Origin: Octopus sinensis
Lineage: Eukaryota
Assembly (NCBI RefSeq): GCF_006345805.1
Contig: NW_021835688.1
Location: 1-47,552 of the forward strand
Length of the DNA: 47,552 nt
Reading direction: 5' to 3'
The notes beneath the pieces were generated by a model, which ran no database searches, had not been told where the DNA came from, and worked only from the letters and a program-made list of their open reading frames with translations. The position numbers were made by a program, and so were the translations under genes. The number at the start of each line of letters is the position of its first letter. Position 1 is the first letter of the stretch. Below, one piece after another: positions 11,800 to 24,820 of this stretch.

Positions 11800-12177
11800 A
11801 TGCTTAGCAATGAGCATAAAAACAAGAACTACTTTTATTTACCTTTTAAGATCTATCATTTTCTAAAAATGATTAATTGCCATTATAGATATAATACAGG
11901 TAGATGTTCAAATTAGTCATGGCTTGAGCTCTAAGACACACAAGTCAGATCACCAGGGTTCCGAGCCGTATAAGTGACAGATGTGTCAACGTTTGCCCTC
12001 AATGGGGTGCATAAGGCCTTAAATCAAGATATACGTATATTTGTGTGTTGCGTATGTATACGCAAAAATGTGTAAATGTGTGTGTGCGTGTGTGCTTGAG
12101 GGTTATAATGTACACATCTATAAACACAGATACATACATGTATATATATATACATATATACACACACATACATATAT

Positions 12178-12210
<33 letters not shown>

Positions 12211-12333
12211 CATACATGTGCGTGTATGTATATATATATCTGTAATTGTATACATTTACAGATAAATTCCTCTATGTACATAATATCGAGGTCTCTTTCA
12301 TTCTTTTGTAGTCTTACCATTTTTAAGAATATA

Positions 12334-12525
12334 CTCTTTTATTTGTTTCAGTCATTTGACTGCGGCCATGCTGGAGCACAGCCTTTAGTCGAGCAACTCG
12401 ACCCCGGGACTTATTCTTTGTAAGCCCAGTACTTATTCTATCGGTCTCGTTTGCCGGGGACATAAACACACCAGCATCGGTTGTCAAGCAATGCTAGGGA
12501 GACAAACACACACACACAAACATAT

Positions 12526-12556
<31 letters not shown>

Positions 12557-12740
12557 CATATATATATACATATATACGACGGGCTTCTTTCAGTTTCTGT
12601 CTACCAAATCCACTCACAAGGCTTTGGTCGGCCCAAGGCTATAGTAGAAGACACTTGCCCAAGGTGCTACGCAGTGGGACTGAACCCGGAACCATGTGGT
12701 TGGTAAGCAAGCTACTTACCACACAGCCACTCCTGCGCCT
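12334..12740 (-). mobile_element. SINE family A, full length
   Basis: AGGCGCAGGAGTGGCTGTGTGG head, GGTTCAGTCCC B-box, internal (CA/TA)n, tail GCTCCAGCATGGCCGCAGTCAAATGACTGAAAC. Confidence 0.92.
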
Positions 12741-13260
12741 ATATATATACACACAATGTATATTCTTTTATATGTTAATGGTTTCAGACGTAGAACTGCG
12801 GCCAAACTGGACCACCGCCTTAATTGTTTGTCAGTTTGTTGTCGCTGCATGGCTGGAGGTTGGTCTATGATTGAATTCGTAGCAGCTAATCTTCCCTGAG
12901 TATGTATATAAATAAATATAAATAAATAAATATATATATACAGACACACAGACACGCGCGCGCGCACACACACACACACACACACAAACATAAATAAATA
13001 CATAACACACACACACACAGACACGTAAATATATATGCAGATGTACAGGCATAACCTGCTCATATACATATACACGAACTATCGGCAATCAGATGTATGT
13101 TTGTATAGAATATTTCTATGTATGTTACTGTATGTGTGTGTCTGTATGTCTATCAGTCTGTCTGTGTATACTTGTAGATGTTAGTATGTGTGTTACGTGT
13201 GCAGGTTTTTCAAATTGGCTATTTTTCTCTTTACGTCTTCACTTAACACTTTCTTTCTAT

Positions 13261-13379
13261 TTCTCTCTCTCTCCCTCTCTCTCTCTCTCTCTCCCTCTCT
13301 CTCTCCTCTCTCTCTCTCTTCTCTCCCTCTCCCTCTCTCCTCTCTCTCTCTTCTCCCTCTATTCCCTCTCTCTCTCTCT

Positions 13380-13446
<67 letters not shown>

Positions 13447-13717
13447 CTTCTCTGCCCCCACATCTCTCTCTCACACACTTTTCCCTCTTGTCTGCGGCTT
13501 TTTCTATCCTCTCTCATTTGAAGGTTTTGGAACCAAGAACGTAGAAGCCCACACAGCGAGTGGTCCCCAGTTAGTTGCGAAAGAAAAGAAAGAACAAAAT
13601 AGTTCTAGATCGATTCTGTATGCGTGCGCCCGAATAGGATGTAAATACGTCACATATACACACGTGCACACATAAGCACGCGAGCACACACACTCATATA
13701 CGTACATATACATGTAC

Positions 13718-13757
<40 letters not shown>

Positions 13758-14049
13758 GAGAGAGAGAGAGAGCCCGGAGAGACAGAGAGAGAGAGAGAGA
13801 GAGACAGAGAAGCAGAGAGAGAGAGGGCATATATATACATACATTATATATACGAAGATATGTACATGTATATGCACAGGTAAGCGTAAACGTACATATA
13901 TGTAGGTATGTATGTATATATGTATGTGTTGTGTATGCACGTGTATTCAAGTGTATGTATTATATATAAATTATATATATATATACTATATATATATATA
14001 TATATATACATGTATACATGTGTACGTTTATAAATATATATGTACATTT

Positions 14050-14093
<44 letters not shown>

Positions 14094-14160
14094 GTATATA
14101 TATATACATGTATACATGTGTATGTATATATAAAATATGAATATAAATATATATACATTT

Positions 14161-14199
<39 letters not shown>

Positions 14200-14313
14200 T
14201 ATATACATATGTATATGTATATATCTATGTATAAACATACATATATGAATGTATATATATATATATGTATGTATATAAGTTAATATGTATATATCTATAT
14301 ATATATGTGTGTC

Positions 14314-14348
<35 letters not shown>

Positions 14349-14350
14349 GT
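13261..14350. repeat. (CT)n, (GA)n and (TA)n microsatellite blocks
   Basis: Direct inspection. Confidence 0.9.
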
Positions 14351-14777
14351 GCGCACGCGTATTCTGAAGCACTGTTAGTTCCTAGTCTTACAACTCCCCC
14401 AGAGAGAACGTATCTCGATCAACGCAATTAAATTGTTTTCTTTATTTTTCTTCAGTTCTGTTTTTAACTTTTCGGCTGGCGAAATTGATAAATGGAATTT
14501 GCTGCCAAGAACGAGAGAGAGGCTCTGCTTACAGGAACATTCATAATCTGATTATTTCGTCGGCGTCGTCGACTTCAGTGCAAACATTGAGAGAAGAAAG
14601 GGCGGGAAAAATCGGCACTCCTAGTTTTCTGCAGTTGGTTTACCGGGTATCAGGCTATCGGGTTATTCTCAAGGGAGAGGTCTGATCGTAATATCCCCAA
14701 CAAAGTGAACTTCACAAAAGACACCCACTGAAGCGTATCGAGGAAGGGCTGAAGGAGCAGTCTGCTGTATAAGCTTG

Positions 14778-15035
14778 GGTCACTCCGAAAAGCTCTATCT
14801 GCGACGATTTCATCTCAATCGAAAGGAGAAGGGCTTTCTCCGTCCGGGTTGCGGATCCGTGGAATACGCTGCCCGACGAGATAGTGAAGATGCCGACGAC
14901 CGCTCGGTTCAAAGTCTCTCTTGACCAGAAATGGCCTGAACTCTTTGCATGAACACCCTCCCTGTACATAACTCCATGTCCCACTACATGGCCTTGCTTT
15001 TTGCTTTTTGAGCCAAAAAATTAACTTAACTTAAC
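14778..15035 (+). mobile_element. CR1-clade LINE 3' fragment
   Basis: GHSEKLYLRRFHLNR..FSVRVADPWNTLPDEIVKMPTTARFKVSLDQKWPELFA*, then 3' UTR and (TTAAC)n tail; same family as 29366-29763. Confidence 0.88.
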
Positions 15036-15494
15036 ATAGGCTTGGAGGCCGAAGTTTGCTCCGAGAAGCACACCCTCCAAGTAACGCCACCTCGGCACCT
15101 ATAACCAGGTGTTGGTAATAATATGGGTTATGGGTAAGATCTACCATTTTTGAAACATGTGCTCTGCTTTCGATTGCGCTGAAAACAGCTAGTGTGAAGC
15201 TGTAAAAGACACTTCAGGAAGGGCATGATCTCACCCGGTAGTACTTGAATGTGAAGGGAACTTGTTGATCACATGACCATGGCTATGCGAATAGTAGCCG
15301 GACCGTTATAAACTCATTACTCTAATGTTTAAAACCAGTTCCATTATATTTCCAGCAAATTAATATTACTTTGTTAGTCACTCCATTGGTACTCACCATT
15401 CGTCTTACCTAACTTTGAGTTTTTGCTTTTCAACCTTGTTTCATCCTCATTATATTAGTGTATCGTGTAATTGTTGTTGTTGTTGTTGTTGTTG

Positions 15495-15555
<61 letters not shown>

Positions 15556-15625
15556 CATTATTATTATTATTGTCATTATTATTATTATTGTCATTATTAT
15601 TATTATTAATATTATTATTATTATT

Positions 15626-16162
15626 GAGTGAGAGAGCAGTGCATGCCATCAAAGTTACACTGGGGTAGAATATACGAAACCCAGTATACCCAGCATTACT
15701 AACCGTCTGCTAAGGGTACACCAGGCACATGCGGCACAACCACATATGTGCGACATGGTGCACATGACCTTGCAGGTGAGATTCTGTTACAATTTTCTTT
15801 AGGTCGAGTAGCCCACCCCGCTCAAAAGGTCCCTGAATAAGGGTTGTTTAAAGATGTTGAACGAAACACCCATGTTTCCAGAGGTGAACTATTCAAACCC
15901 CAAAGAATCCCTCTCAACACATGGCTATGATGCTCCCCCACTACTTCTCCTCGTGATCAGAGATGCACATATCGTCAGCCACTAAAGGACATGCTCAACT
16001 GGTTAAGGTCAAACAACTGACAAGCAAATCTGTGGTATTGAGCAGAATATTTGCTGTAGCCCATCTTTTATACCAAGACAAAACAATGTACATGATAACA
16101 CTTCCAATGAGTTAAGATCAGAAGCCACGAGAGCCACTGCCTAATACTGCATCAGGGCAATT
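15626..16162 (-). mobile_element. ~535-bp non-coding element embedded in (TAA)n, copy 1
   Basis: Colinear with 45894-46430; both copies bounded by (TTA)n on both sides; strand inferred from the (AAT)n tail. Confidence 0.85.
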
Positions 16163-16177
16163 TATTATTATTATTAC

Positions 16178-16228
<51 letters not shown>

Positions 16229-16286
16229 CATTATTATTATCATCATTATTATTATTATATTATTATTATTATCATTATTATTATTA

Positions 16287-16323
<37 letters not shown>

Positions 16324-16325
16324 CA

Positions 16326-16377
<52 letters not shown>

Positions 16378-16415
16378 CATTATTATTATTATTATTATTA
16401 TCATTATTATTATTA

Positions 16416-16449
<34 letters not shown>

Positions 16450-16463
16450 CATTATTATTATTA

Positions 16464-16518
<55 letters not shown>

Positions 16519-16520
16519 CA

Positions 16521-16812
16521 TAACATGAAAAATTTCGTCTTTATTTTGTTGAGTGACATGGAAAGCGTCAGCTGTCCACAGCCAGCAAACAAAGAAGAGA
16601 CACTTACAGTTCCAAGCAATGCTGATTTTTGTGGCTGTTCTATCTTTACATTCGTTCTAGTCTTTTTGAGCCACGTTGGTAGATGTGTGCTGATACTTTC
16701 CAGGCGCACCAATCACTATTGCTATCACGTTTGCTTTCTTCATTTGCCACAACCTGCGTATTTCCCACTTCAATTCATCGTAGTTGTCCACCTTTTCTAC
16801 CTTCTCTTCATT
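16521..16812 (-). mobile_element. R4/Dong-like non-LTR retrotransposon 3' fragment (restriction-like endonuclease end)
   Basis: EEKVEKVDNYDELKWEIRRLWQMKKANVIAIVIGAPG / LPTWLKK...IEQPQKSALLGT matches the EK..KY.DL..EI.RLW...VIP.VIGALG...LQK.ALLGT pattern; flanked by (TAA/TGA)n. Confidence 0.82.
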
Positions 16813-16813
16813 T

Positions 16814-16923
<110 letters not shown>

Positions 16924-18059
16924 CATTATTATGTATCATTTATTACTGTATGTTAGGGAGAAAGAAACGGAAACGACAGGGAAAATGCGAATAAAATATA
17001 CAAATTTTGTGATGACATGAATTATGCAGTCCTTCTGATACAGAAGAAACTCCAGCTCGGGCCGATCAAGGAACCTGGTAGATCAAGAATTACCCTGACC
17101 ACCAAAGACACGGGACCTCTCTTCTGCTCTCCAATATTCAGTCACATACTTAGAGAATGGTCATTCCCTCTCACCATTTTTGCTAGTCACCCATTTTCCT
17201 ACAAATTTAGTGGGTGGTCACACTTCACCTCCAACCTCACTTTCCTTTCCAAGTGGAACTTAAAACCGTCGATGAGGACTTGACGGAAGTGGAAGGTGTT
17301 TTTCCTTGATCCTTACAGCGTCGTCCACCACACAATCTCTTTCGTTATAGCTACCAGACCAGTAGTACTCAGTCAGAGTCCGTATCGCCCCCAAGGGTCC
17401 ATATAAGATTTTTGGGGGTTTACGTAACAAAATAGTAAATTTGGGATCATAGTAGTATTTTAGGCCCCTCAAAACTTTTGCTTTACATATATGTCAGGTT
17501 TCTTTCTCAAGCATTTTGTATAGTTCAACCTCAAATGGTTAGGGGTGTCCACCAGAGTTAAATAGTAACCAAAGGTTTTTAGAAAATGGTTGAGAAACCC
17601 TACACTGGACATAGGAGCACCGACTGCTCTGTCCTGTTAGATATGTGTGATGGAGTGATCCTCCCGATAGATTCGGCCAATAGTCAGATTCCTGCTACAT
17701 GTTATAAAAGTTGTGCGACATAACTCCACAAGTAAGCAATACTTGGACACGGTACAAATGCGTGCAGAACGGTTTCGTCGGTCGGCGCGCATCTTGGGCA
17801 GTCCCACGAGAGTTCCGGACCCCAATAATAAACCCATTTACATACAGCCAATCAGAGCTCACCTTGACCTTGATGTCAAGTTAACAAATGTTGTTGCTGG
17901 TGGCAGAAACCGCATTGGTGCTGGCAAACCGTTGAAGGATTGTTTAGAAAGTGTGAAAGGAAAGGTGTCGTTCATCTCTCAGATTATGCCTAACAAGAAC
18001 AACAATTCCTTACACAAGTGGCCTTGTCCTATCGCCCATTACTTGTTATGAGGATGACG

Positions 18060-18192
18060 TGGAGGAGGAGGAGGAGGAGGAGAGGAGAAGAAGGAGGGGA
18101 CGACGACGACCGACGACACTGGTAGTGGTAATAAAAACAAAGACGACGACGACGATGATGATAATGAAGATGGTGATGATGATGATGATGAC

Positions 18193-18243
<51 letters not shown>

Positions 18244-18341
18244 GGTGGTGATTAGAATGATGATGATGATGATGATGATGAAGGTGGTGATTAGAATGAT
18301 GATGATGATGATGATGATGATGAAGATGATGATGATGATGG

Positions 18342-18384
<43 letters not shown>

Positions 18385-18485
18385 GATGATGATGAAGATG
18401 ATGATGATATCGGTGACGACGACGACGATAATGATGGCAATGATGATGCTGCTGCTGCTGATGATGATGATGATGTTGAAGATGA
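18060..18485. repeat. (GAG)n/(GAT)n microsatellite
   Basis: Direct inspection. Confidence 0.95.
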
Positions 18486-19150
18486 TTTATTACTGTTTCT
18501 AAAAAGATATTTGTGGGTGGATGGGTGGATTATAGTCGATTAACTTTGACCCCCAGTACTTGACTGGTACTTGACTTCACTTACCATCGAGTCCAAATAC
18601 TTGAGCGGCGGAAAGAATCATTTTGGAAACATTGGCCCTTTTGCCTCGAATAATTTAGTATAGAAAGAGGGTGAACAAAACAGAACGGTTGAAGTGGTGG
18701 CCTAAATGCCTTTCCTTATGTCCGTTTAATGCTTTGAGCTGAAATGGGTGCGTGTGGACACACGCTTGTGTGAAAGTATGCGTGTGTGAATGTGTGTGAA
18801 TGTACGATTTGTGTGCAAGTGTGTACAAGTGTGTGTGTGTGTGTGTGTGTGTGTATGGTGTGTGTTAAAGGCGGGGGTGCGGTCTGTCGTTAACAATTTG
18901 TATGAAACAGGGGTGATTAACGCGTTTGACTGAGAAACGAGTAATTATGGTAGGATATCACGTGCGGCTGTGTGGGTGTGTGGATGTGTGTGTGCACATG
19001 TATGTGTATGTATGCATGTGTGCGTATATATATACATACATATATATGTGTGTATGTGTGCGTAAATATATATATATATACATATGTATATATGTATGTC
19101 TATATATATATATATATACACACACACACATATATATAATGTATATATCT

Positions 19151-19183
<33 letters not shown>

Positions 19184-19280
19184 GATATATATATACAAAT
19201 ATAAATATATATGTATGTATGTTATATATATATATATATATATAATATATATATATGTATATATGTATATATATATATAT

Positions 19281-19356
<76 letters not shown>

Positions 19357-19949
19357 AGAGAGAGGGGGAGATAGTGGAGGAGGAGAAAGATAACATCGAG
19401 ATATTGATATATATGCCCACTCCCGAATATATATATATATATACACTTGTATAAATACGCCCGTAAAGAGCCTAGACTATCACGACGATCACCGCCACCA
19501 CCACCACCACCACCATGACCATCACTACTGCCGCCCCCCACTTATGCTGAAAGTAAACAAGCGGCAGTCACCTCTTAAACAAGGAACCAAATGACACTGA
19601 TGGTTAATGTTACCTCTTTTAATTATTTATGTTTTAGTTGAAGGGAGGCGCGCAGCATTCGTCGTGACCTTTTAGTACGGCCCTCGAGATTGCTAACGAG
19701 CCGTCAAGGGTGGGTGAAACAATGAATCGGTGTCACGGCAGCAAAAATACACGAAAGAAGAAAGAGAAAAGAGAGAAAAGAGAGAGAGAGCAGCACAGCG
19801 TGACTAAAAGAGTATCGTGTTATTCCGAAGCCTGAGTACTGAGTGATCCGAAGAATTTACAGGCGAGGCATTGGACTTTCTACTAAAACCTTCCCTCAAG
19901 AAGAGGGGAAAACCAGAAGGCGGATTAATCCTCTCGCCCACTTCTTCTC

Positions 19950-20293
19950 AATACTACTACCACTACTACTACTATTACTACTACTACTACTACTACTACT
20001 ACTATTACTACTACTACTACTACTACTATTACTACTACTACTACTACTACTATTACTACTACTACTACTACTACTATTACTACTACTACTACTACTACTA
20101 CAAATAGTATAGTGGCAGTAGCAGCAGCAGTAGTAGCAGTGGCGGCGGTAGTACTGGTATTAGTAGTAATAGTAGCAGTAGTAGTAGTAGTAGTAGTAGT
20201 ACCAGTAGTAGTAGTAGTAGTAGTGGTCATAGCAGTGGTCATAGTAGTAGTAGTAGCAGTTGCTGCAGCAACACCAGCAGCAGCAGTAGTGGC

Positions 20294-20336
<43 letters not shown>

Positions 20337-20440
20337 TAGTAGTAGTAGTAGTAGTAGTAGTAGTAATAGTAGTAAGTAGTAGTAGTGTTGGTGCTGCTGC
20401 TGACGGTGGTGGAGGTGGTGGTGGTGGTGGTGGTGGTGAT
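19950..20440. repeat. (CTA)n followed by (GTA/GCA)n and (GTG)n
   Basis: Direct inspection; the first two blocks are mutually reverse-complementary. Confidence 0.95.
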
Positions 20441-20661
20441 GATGGTAGACTTTTTATCCCAAGGGTTATTTCTTAACCAAAAAATTTATACGTTATTATT
20501 TATAGCTTTATCTACTTCAAGTTCCACCGTTCAAAACGTATTATCATTACAAATGTTTTTATTTGCCAAACGTGACTGTGGAAAGAACAGTGTTGCGGCA
20601 TTAACGATTTGTCTTTAGTATCGATCTACATAAAATTAATTAATCAAAATGTTTATGAAGT

Positions 20662-20872
20662 CTTGGCTGAGTGGTAAGAAGATTGCCTTCCAGCCACATG
20701 GAGCCGGGGTTCAATTCACTGGCAGAATCCACTGGCACGCTGGACGAAATGTTTTGCAGCATTTCGTCCGTCATTACGTTCTGTCTGCAAATTCCACCGA
20801 TGTAAGCTTTGCCCTTCATCCTTTCGGGCTCAATAAAATAAGTACCAGTTGAGTACTGGGGCAGATGTGATC
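20662..20872 (+). mobile_element. Chimeric SINE: A-like head joined to M body
   Basis: GGCTGAGTGGTAAGAAGATTGCCTTCCAGCCACATGG..GGTTCAATTC, then CTGGCACGCTGGACGAAATG...CTTCATCCTTTCGGG. Confidence 0.6.
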
Positions 20873-20873
20873 A

Positions 20874-21190
20874 GTGGAGGCGCAATGGCCCAGTGGTTAG
20901 GGCAGCAGACATTCGGTCGTAGGATCGCGGTTTTGATTCCCAGAACGGGCGTTGTGTGTGTTTATTGAGCGAAAATACCTAAAAGCTACACGAGGCTCCG
21001 GCAGGGGGAGGGAAGGGTGGCGAACCCTGCTGTACTCTTTCACCACAACTTTCTCTCACTCTTCTTGTTTCTGCTGTACCTGTATTTCAAAGGGCCAGCC
21101 TTGTCCCACTCTGTGTCACGCTGAATCTCCCCGAGAACTACGTTAAGAGTATAAAAGTCTGTGGAGTACTCAGCCACTTGCATGTTAAGA
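20874..21190 (+). mobile_element. SINE family B, tail ii (3'-truncated)
   Basis: GTGGAGGCGCAATGGCCCAGTGGTTAGGGCAGCAGAC head; tail TGTATTTCAAAGGGCCAGCCTTGTC. Confidence 0.9.
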
Positions 21191-21312
21191 TGAACGATAG
21201 AGTCGACCTCGGAGGAATTTGAACTCAGAACATAAAGCATTTTGCCCCTCGCATTAACCATTCTGTCAGCTCGCCGCCTTAAGATCAGAACATCATTATT
21301 ATTCTCACCATG

Positions 21313-21630
21313 AAGGCGCGAGGCTTAGTGGTTAGGGCATTCCGCTTACGATCGTAAGGTCGAGAGTTCAATTCCCAGTGATGCATTGTGTCCTTGAACA
21401 AGACACTTTATTTCACGTTGCTCCAGTCTACTCAGCTGACAAAAACGAGTAGTACCTGTATTTCAAAGGGCCAACCTTGTCACACTCTGCGTCACGCTGA
21501 ATCTCCCTGAAAACTACGTTAAGGATCCACGTGTCTGTTACAGCTTCATCTTGTACGTAAATTTCACAAGCGAGCTGTTCCGTTGAAAATATCAGCTGGA
21601 ACCCTCGTCGTCGTAACCGACGGAGTGCTC
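21313..21630 (+). mobile_element. SINE with D head and tail ii
   Basis: GAAGGCGCGAGGCTTAGTGGTTAGGGC..CTTACGATCGTAAGG..GAGTTCAATTCC, core CTTGAACAAGACACTTTATTTCACGTTGCTCCAG, tail ends GTAACCGACGGAGTGCTC. Confidence 0.85.
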
Positions 21631-22159
21631 ACCACTGAATTTGCAGTGTATTATGCGAGAGTTTCCTTTTGTTTCAATGGTATATGGCTGAGGGAAGAGG
21701 CAATGCTTATGGCCTTTACAGAACCTACAAGGCAGCTGAGATCTACGCAGTGGAAGTTACTCTGTTTCCATTGCTTTCTCTTCTGGCTGGCTTGTTGTGA
21801 TTGCCTAGCAACGTTGATGACGCCAAACCTTCAACCCTGACCTTTATTTCTATGAAAGACTACAAATCTGTCAAAGAGACTGGTTTAGTAATAGAGCGGT
21901 GAGCTTTTCAAATGAAGCTGTGGACCCACTCACGCACTCACCGACCAATCAGCCAGCCAACCAACCAAACGACAGTATTCTCTGCAGATGCCGTAGCTTT
22001 AGCACAAGTCTGTGAATAAAATAAACAAGGGCAAAAAAGACCAAAGACCTCATTGAAACGGGTATGGACGATAGCATATGGAGATTCAAAGAAATGGTGC
22101 ATGTCCCTTTTTTCAACAAAGGGGCGAAAAAAGAACGCCATAAAAATCAACAGCGACAA

Positions 22160-22790
22160 CAACGACAAAAACAACAACAATAATAATAATAATGATAACA
22201 ATAATAATAATGATAATAATAAAAGTAATAATAATAATTGCGCCAGATGTACCAATTGGGTCAGATGTTTCGAGATAGAAGACACGACAGTTATCTTGCG
22301 GCGGCGGCGGTGGTGGTGATGGTGATGGTGGTGGTGATGGTGGGGGTGATGGTGGTGGTGATGGTGGTGCTGGTGGTGGTGGTAGTGGTTGTGTTGGTGG
22401 TGGTGATGGTAGTGATGGTGATGGTGGTGGTGGTGATGGTTGTGTTGGTGGTGATGGTGGTGATGGTGGTGGTAGTGGTTGTGATGGTGGTGTTGCTGTT
22501 GATAATGGTGGTGGTGGCGATGTTGTTGATGGTGGTGGTGGCGATGGTGGTGGTGATGGTGATAGTGGTGGTGATGGTGCTGATGGTGCTGATGGTGGTG
22601 GTGGTGGTGGTGGTGGTGGTGATGGTGGTGATGGTGGTGGTGGTAGTGGTTGTGATGGTGGTGTTGCTGTTGATAATGGTGGTGGTGGCGATGTTGTTGA
22701 TGGTGGTGGTTGTGGTGGCGGTGGCGGTGGTTATGATTATGTTTGTTGTTATGATTGTGTTTGTTATTGTGGTAGTGGTGGTGGCGGCGG
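22160..22790. repeat. (AAC/AAT)n then degenerate (GGT/GAT)n array with an internal ~75-bp duplication
   Basis: Direct inspection; source of the Val- and Thr-rich ORFs. Confidence 0.9.
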
Positions 22791-23284
22791 CGGTATGCTT
22801 ACACCACATTAATGAAGTGTTGCACGCATTCACCACTTCTGTGCGACCTTTCATGCGATAATTACTTCTCGCTTATAACAACAACAACAATAATAATAAT
22901 AATAATAACAATAATAATAATAATAACAATGGCCAGATGAGAACGATTCTCCTCTTTCTCGCCCTGTATTTTGCTTGCCGTTGTTATTTATCCTCAAGAC
23001 GGCATAATTTCTGTGTCTGAAACACTTCAGAGGTGAATGGAAAAGAAATATTATTTTCATTTCCCGGTAGCCAATACTGTTCACCGTAACACAAAACAAG
23101 CAAACAAATGAATAAATAAAGCCATTAATGATAATATTAACAACAACAGCAACAATATCTACAACAAAAGCAGCAGCAGTAGCAGCAGTAGTAGTAGTAG
23201 TAAGAGGAACGGTTGTATCAATCTATGAGATTAAAAAGAGAACAAGAATGCGATGAGGGCAAGGATTGTTACAGTTCACATCAC

Positions 23285-23812
23285 CAAGGTCAGCATCACC
23301 ATCATCATCACCATCATCGTCGTCATCATCATCATCATCATCATCATCTTCATCATCATCATCATCATCACCATCGTTATCATCGTCTTCATTCCCACCA
23401 TCATCATTTTTACCACCACCACTATCACCACCACCGCCATAATCGTCATCATCATCATCATCAACGTTGCCACCATCATCATCATCGTCGTCATCATCCT
23501 CATCAACATCATCATTATAACCACCACATATATATATACGTACATGTATATATATATATATATATATATACATATATAAATAAATGAAAGAATGGAGTCG
23601 AACGAAGATGTTAACAAAATTCCTTTACTCTCGACACATGTTTCGAAGACAGCATGTTTTCATTCCAAAAGGAATAAAATAAAGAATTTTCCATGCTGAC
23701 GATAAACATAGGATAATTCATTCACCTACTTAAATATATACATATATATATATATATACCTGTATATATGCATGTATATATATGTCACATATATGTGCAT
23801 ACATATAATATA

Positions 23813-23867
<55 letters not shown>

Positions 23868-23879
23868 ATATATATATAC

Positions 23880-23925
<46 letters not shown>

Positions 23926-23970
23926 AATATATATATATATATATTATATATATTATATATATATATAAAT
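23285..23970. repeat. (CAT/CAC)n and (TA)n blocks
   Basis: Direct inspection. Confidence 0.85.
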
Positions 23971-24820
23971 ACTATAGCCCCAGGCCGATCAAAGCCTTGT
24001 GAATGGATTTCGTACACGAAGTGCAAGAAGATTTTCAAATATATGTGTATTTTTGCGCGCGTGTGTGTGTATGTGTGTATACACAACGCACAGACTTGCA
24101 GTCCGACGATGGCTTAGCTAGCCGAAACCTTGAATTCGCTCTCAACGATATATTCTTGTTTAAGAATATTAAATTTGTACTTTACAAAATTATTGTGCAA
24201 CCCTTACGATTAATGTAAGACTGTCTTTATTATCACCGAACATAAAAGCAAATATATTTATATACATGTGGTTGGAAGCTTGATGAGAAGTTTTTACTGC
24301 ATTTTTTGACTCTGAAAAGAAATATACCTCTTTTTACACTTGTCTACTGTCGTATAAAATTATATCAGCGAAGCAAATAACTTTATCTAAATGCATTAAA
24401 AACGCTATAAAATATTCAGAACGCTATTTCAGAAAATTATCACCGTTCACTTTGAAGATATAAAAGACAAATATAGGTGGGGCAAAATGAGTAAGACAAG
24501 ATAAGGTAAACTTGCTTATTAGATTCTGCAGAATTTCATTTGAAAACATATTCATCCTTGAACATCAAAACGATCAGAAATGCAAGGAAAATTTTAAATA
24601 TCTAGGCCAAATGAGAGAGGGTCTTGGAAAATGGCGCATGATATCAAGTTAACGAAACTTCATTAAATCAAAAAGCTCAACATGAAATTTTCCCTTTGAA
24701 TTCTTCACGATGTGCTAGAGTGGTTCTCTTTCCGATATATTTATGCACCACGCATTTAACGAAGAAATTATTGAAAGTATTCATTGTTCATTTTACTCCA
24801 TTTCAGACAACATATTATGA

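Noticed and set aside
12770-12900. Exon-like segment with AG/GT signals
   Set aside because: The minus strand AGGCGGTGGTCCAGTTTGGCCGCAG is a degenerate SINE A tail
20874-20950. tRNA-Arg-like genes (also at 21313, 35500-35569, 42265, 38884-38957)
   Set aside because: A and B boxes are present, but I see no complete acceptor stem and each runs into a SINE body
21975-22025. Possible terminal exon CAG|..AVALAQVCE* followed by AATAAA, and a near X-box ATTGCCTAGCAAC at ~21801
   Set aside because: Short motifs expected by chance; no upstream exon and no conservation data
22238-22861. 207-aa Val-rich and 187-aa Thr-rich mucin-like ORFs
   Set aside because: Both strands are open only because of a (GGT/GAT)n array; no splice or domain support
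23213-23617. His-rich and Asp-rich ORFs
   Set aside because: (CAT)n microsatellite
23620-23700. GAAACATGT palindromic stem III-like string on the minus strand
   Set aside because: No CUGAnGA core upstream, and the cleavage position would be G
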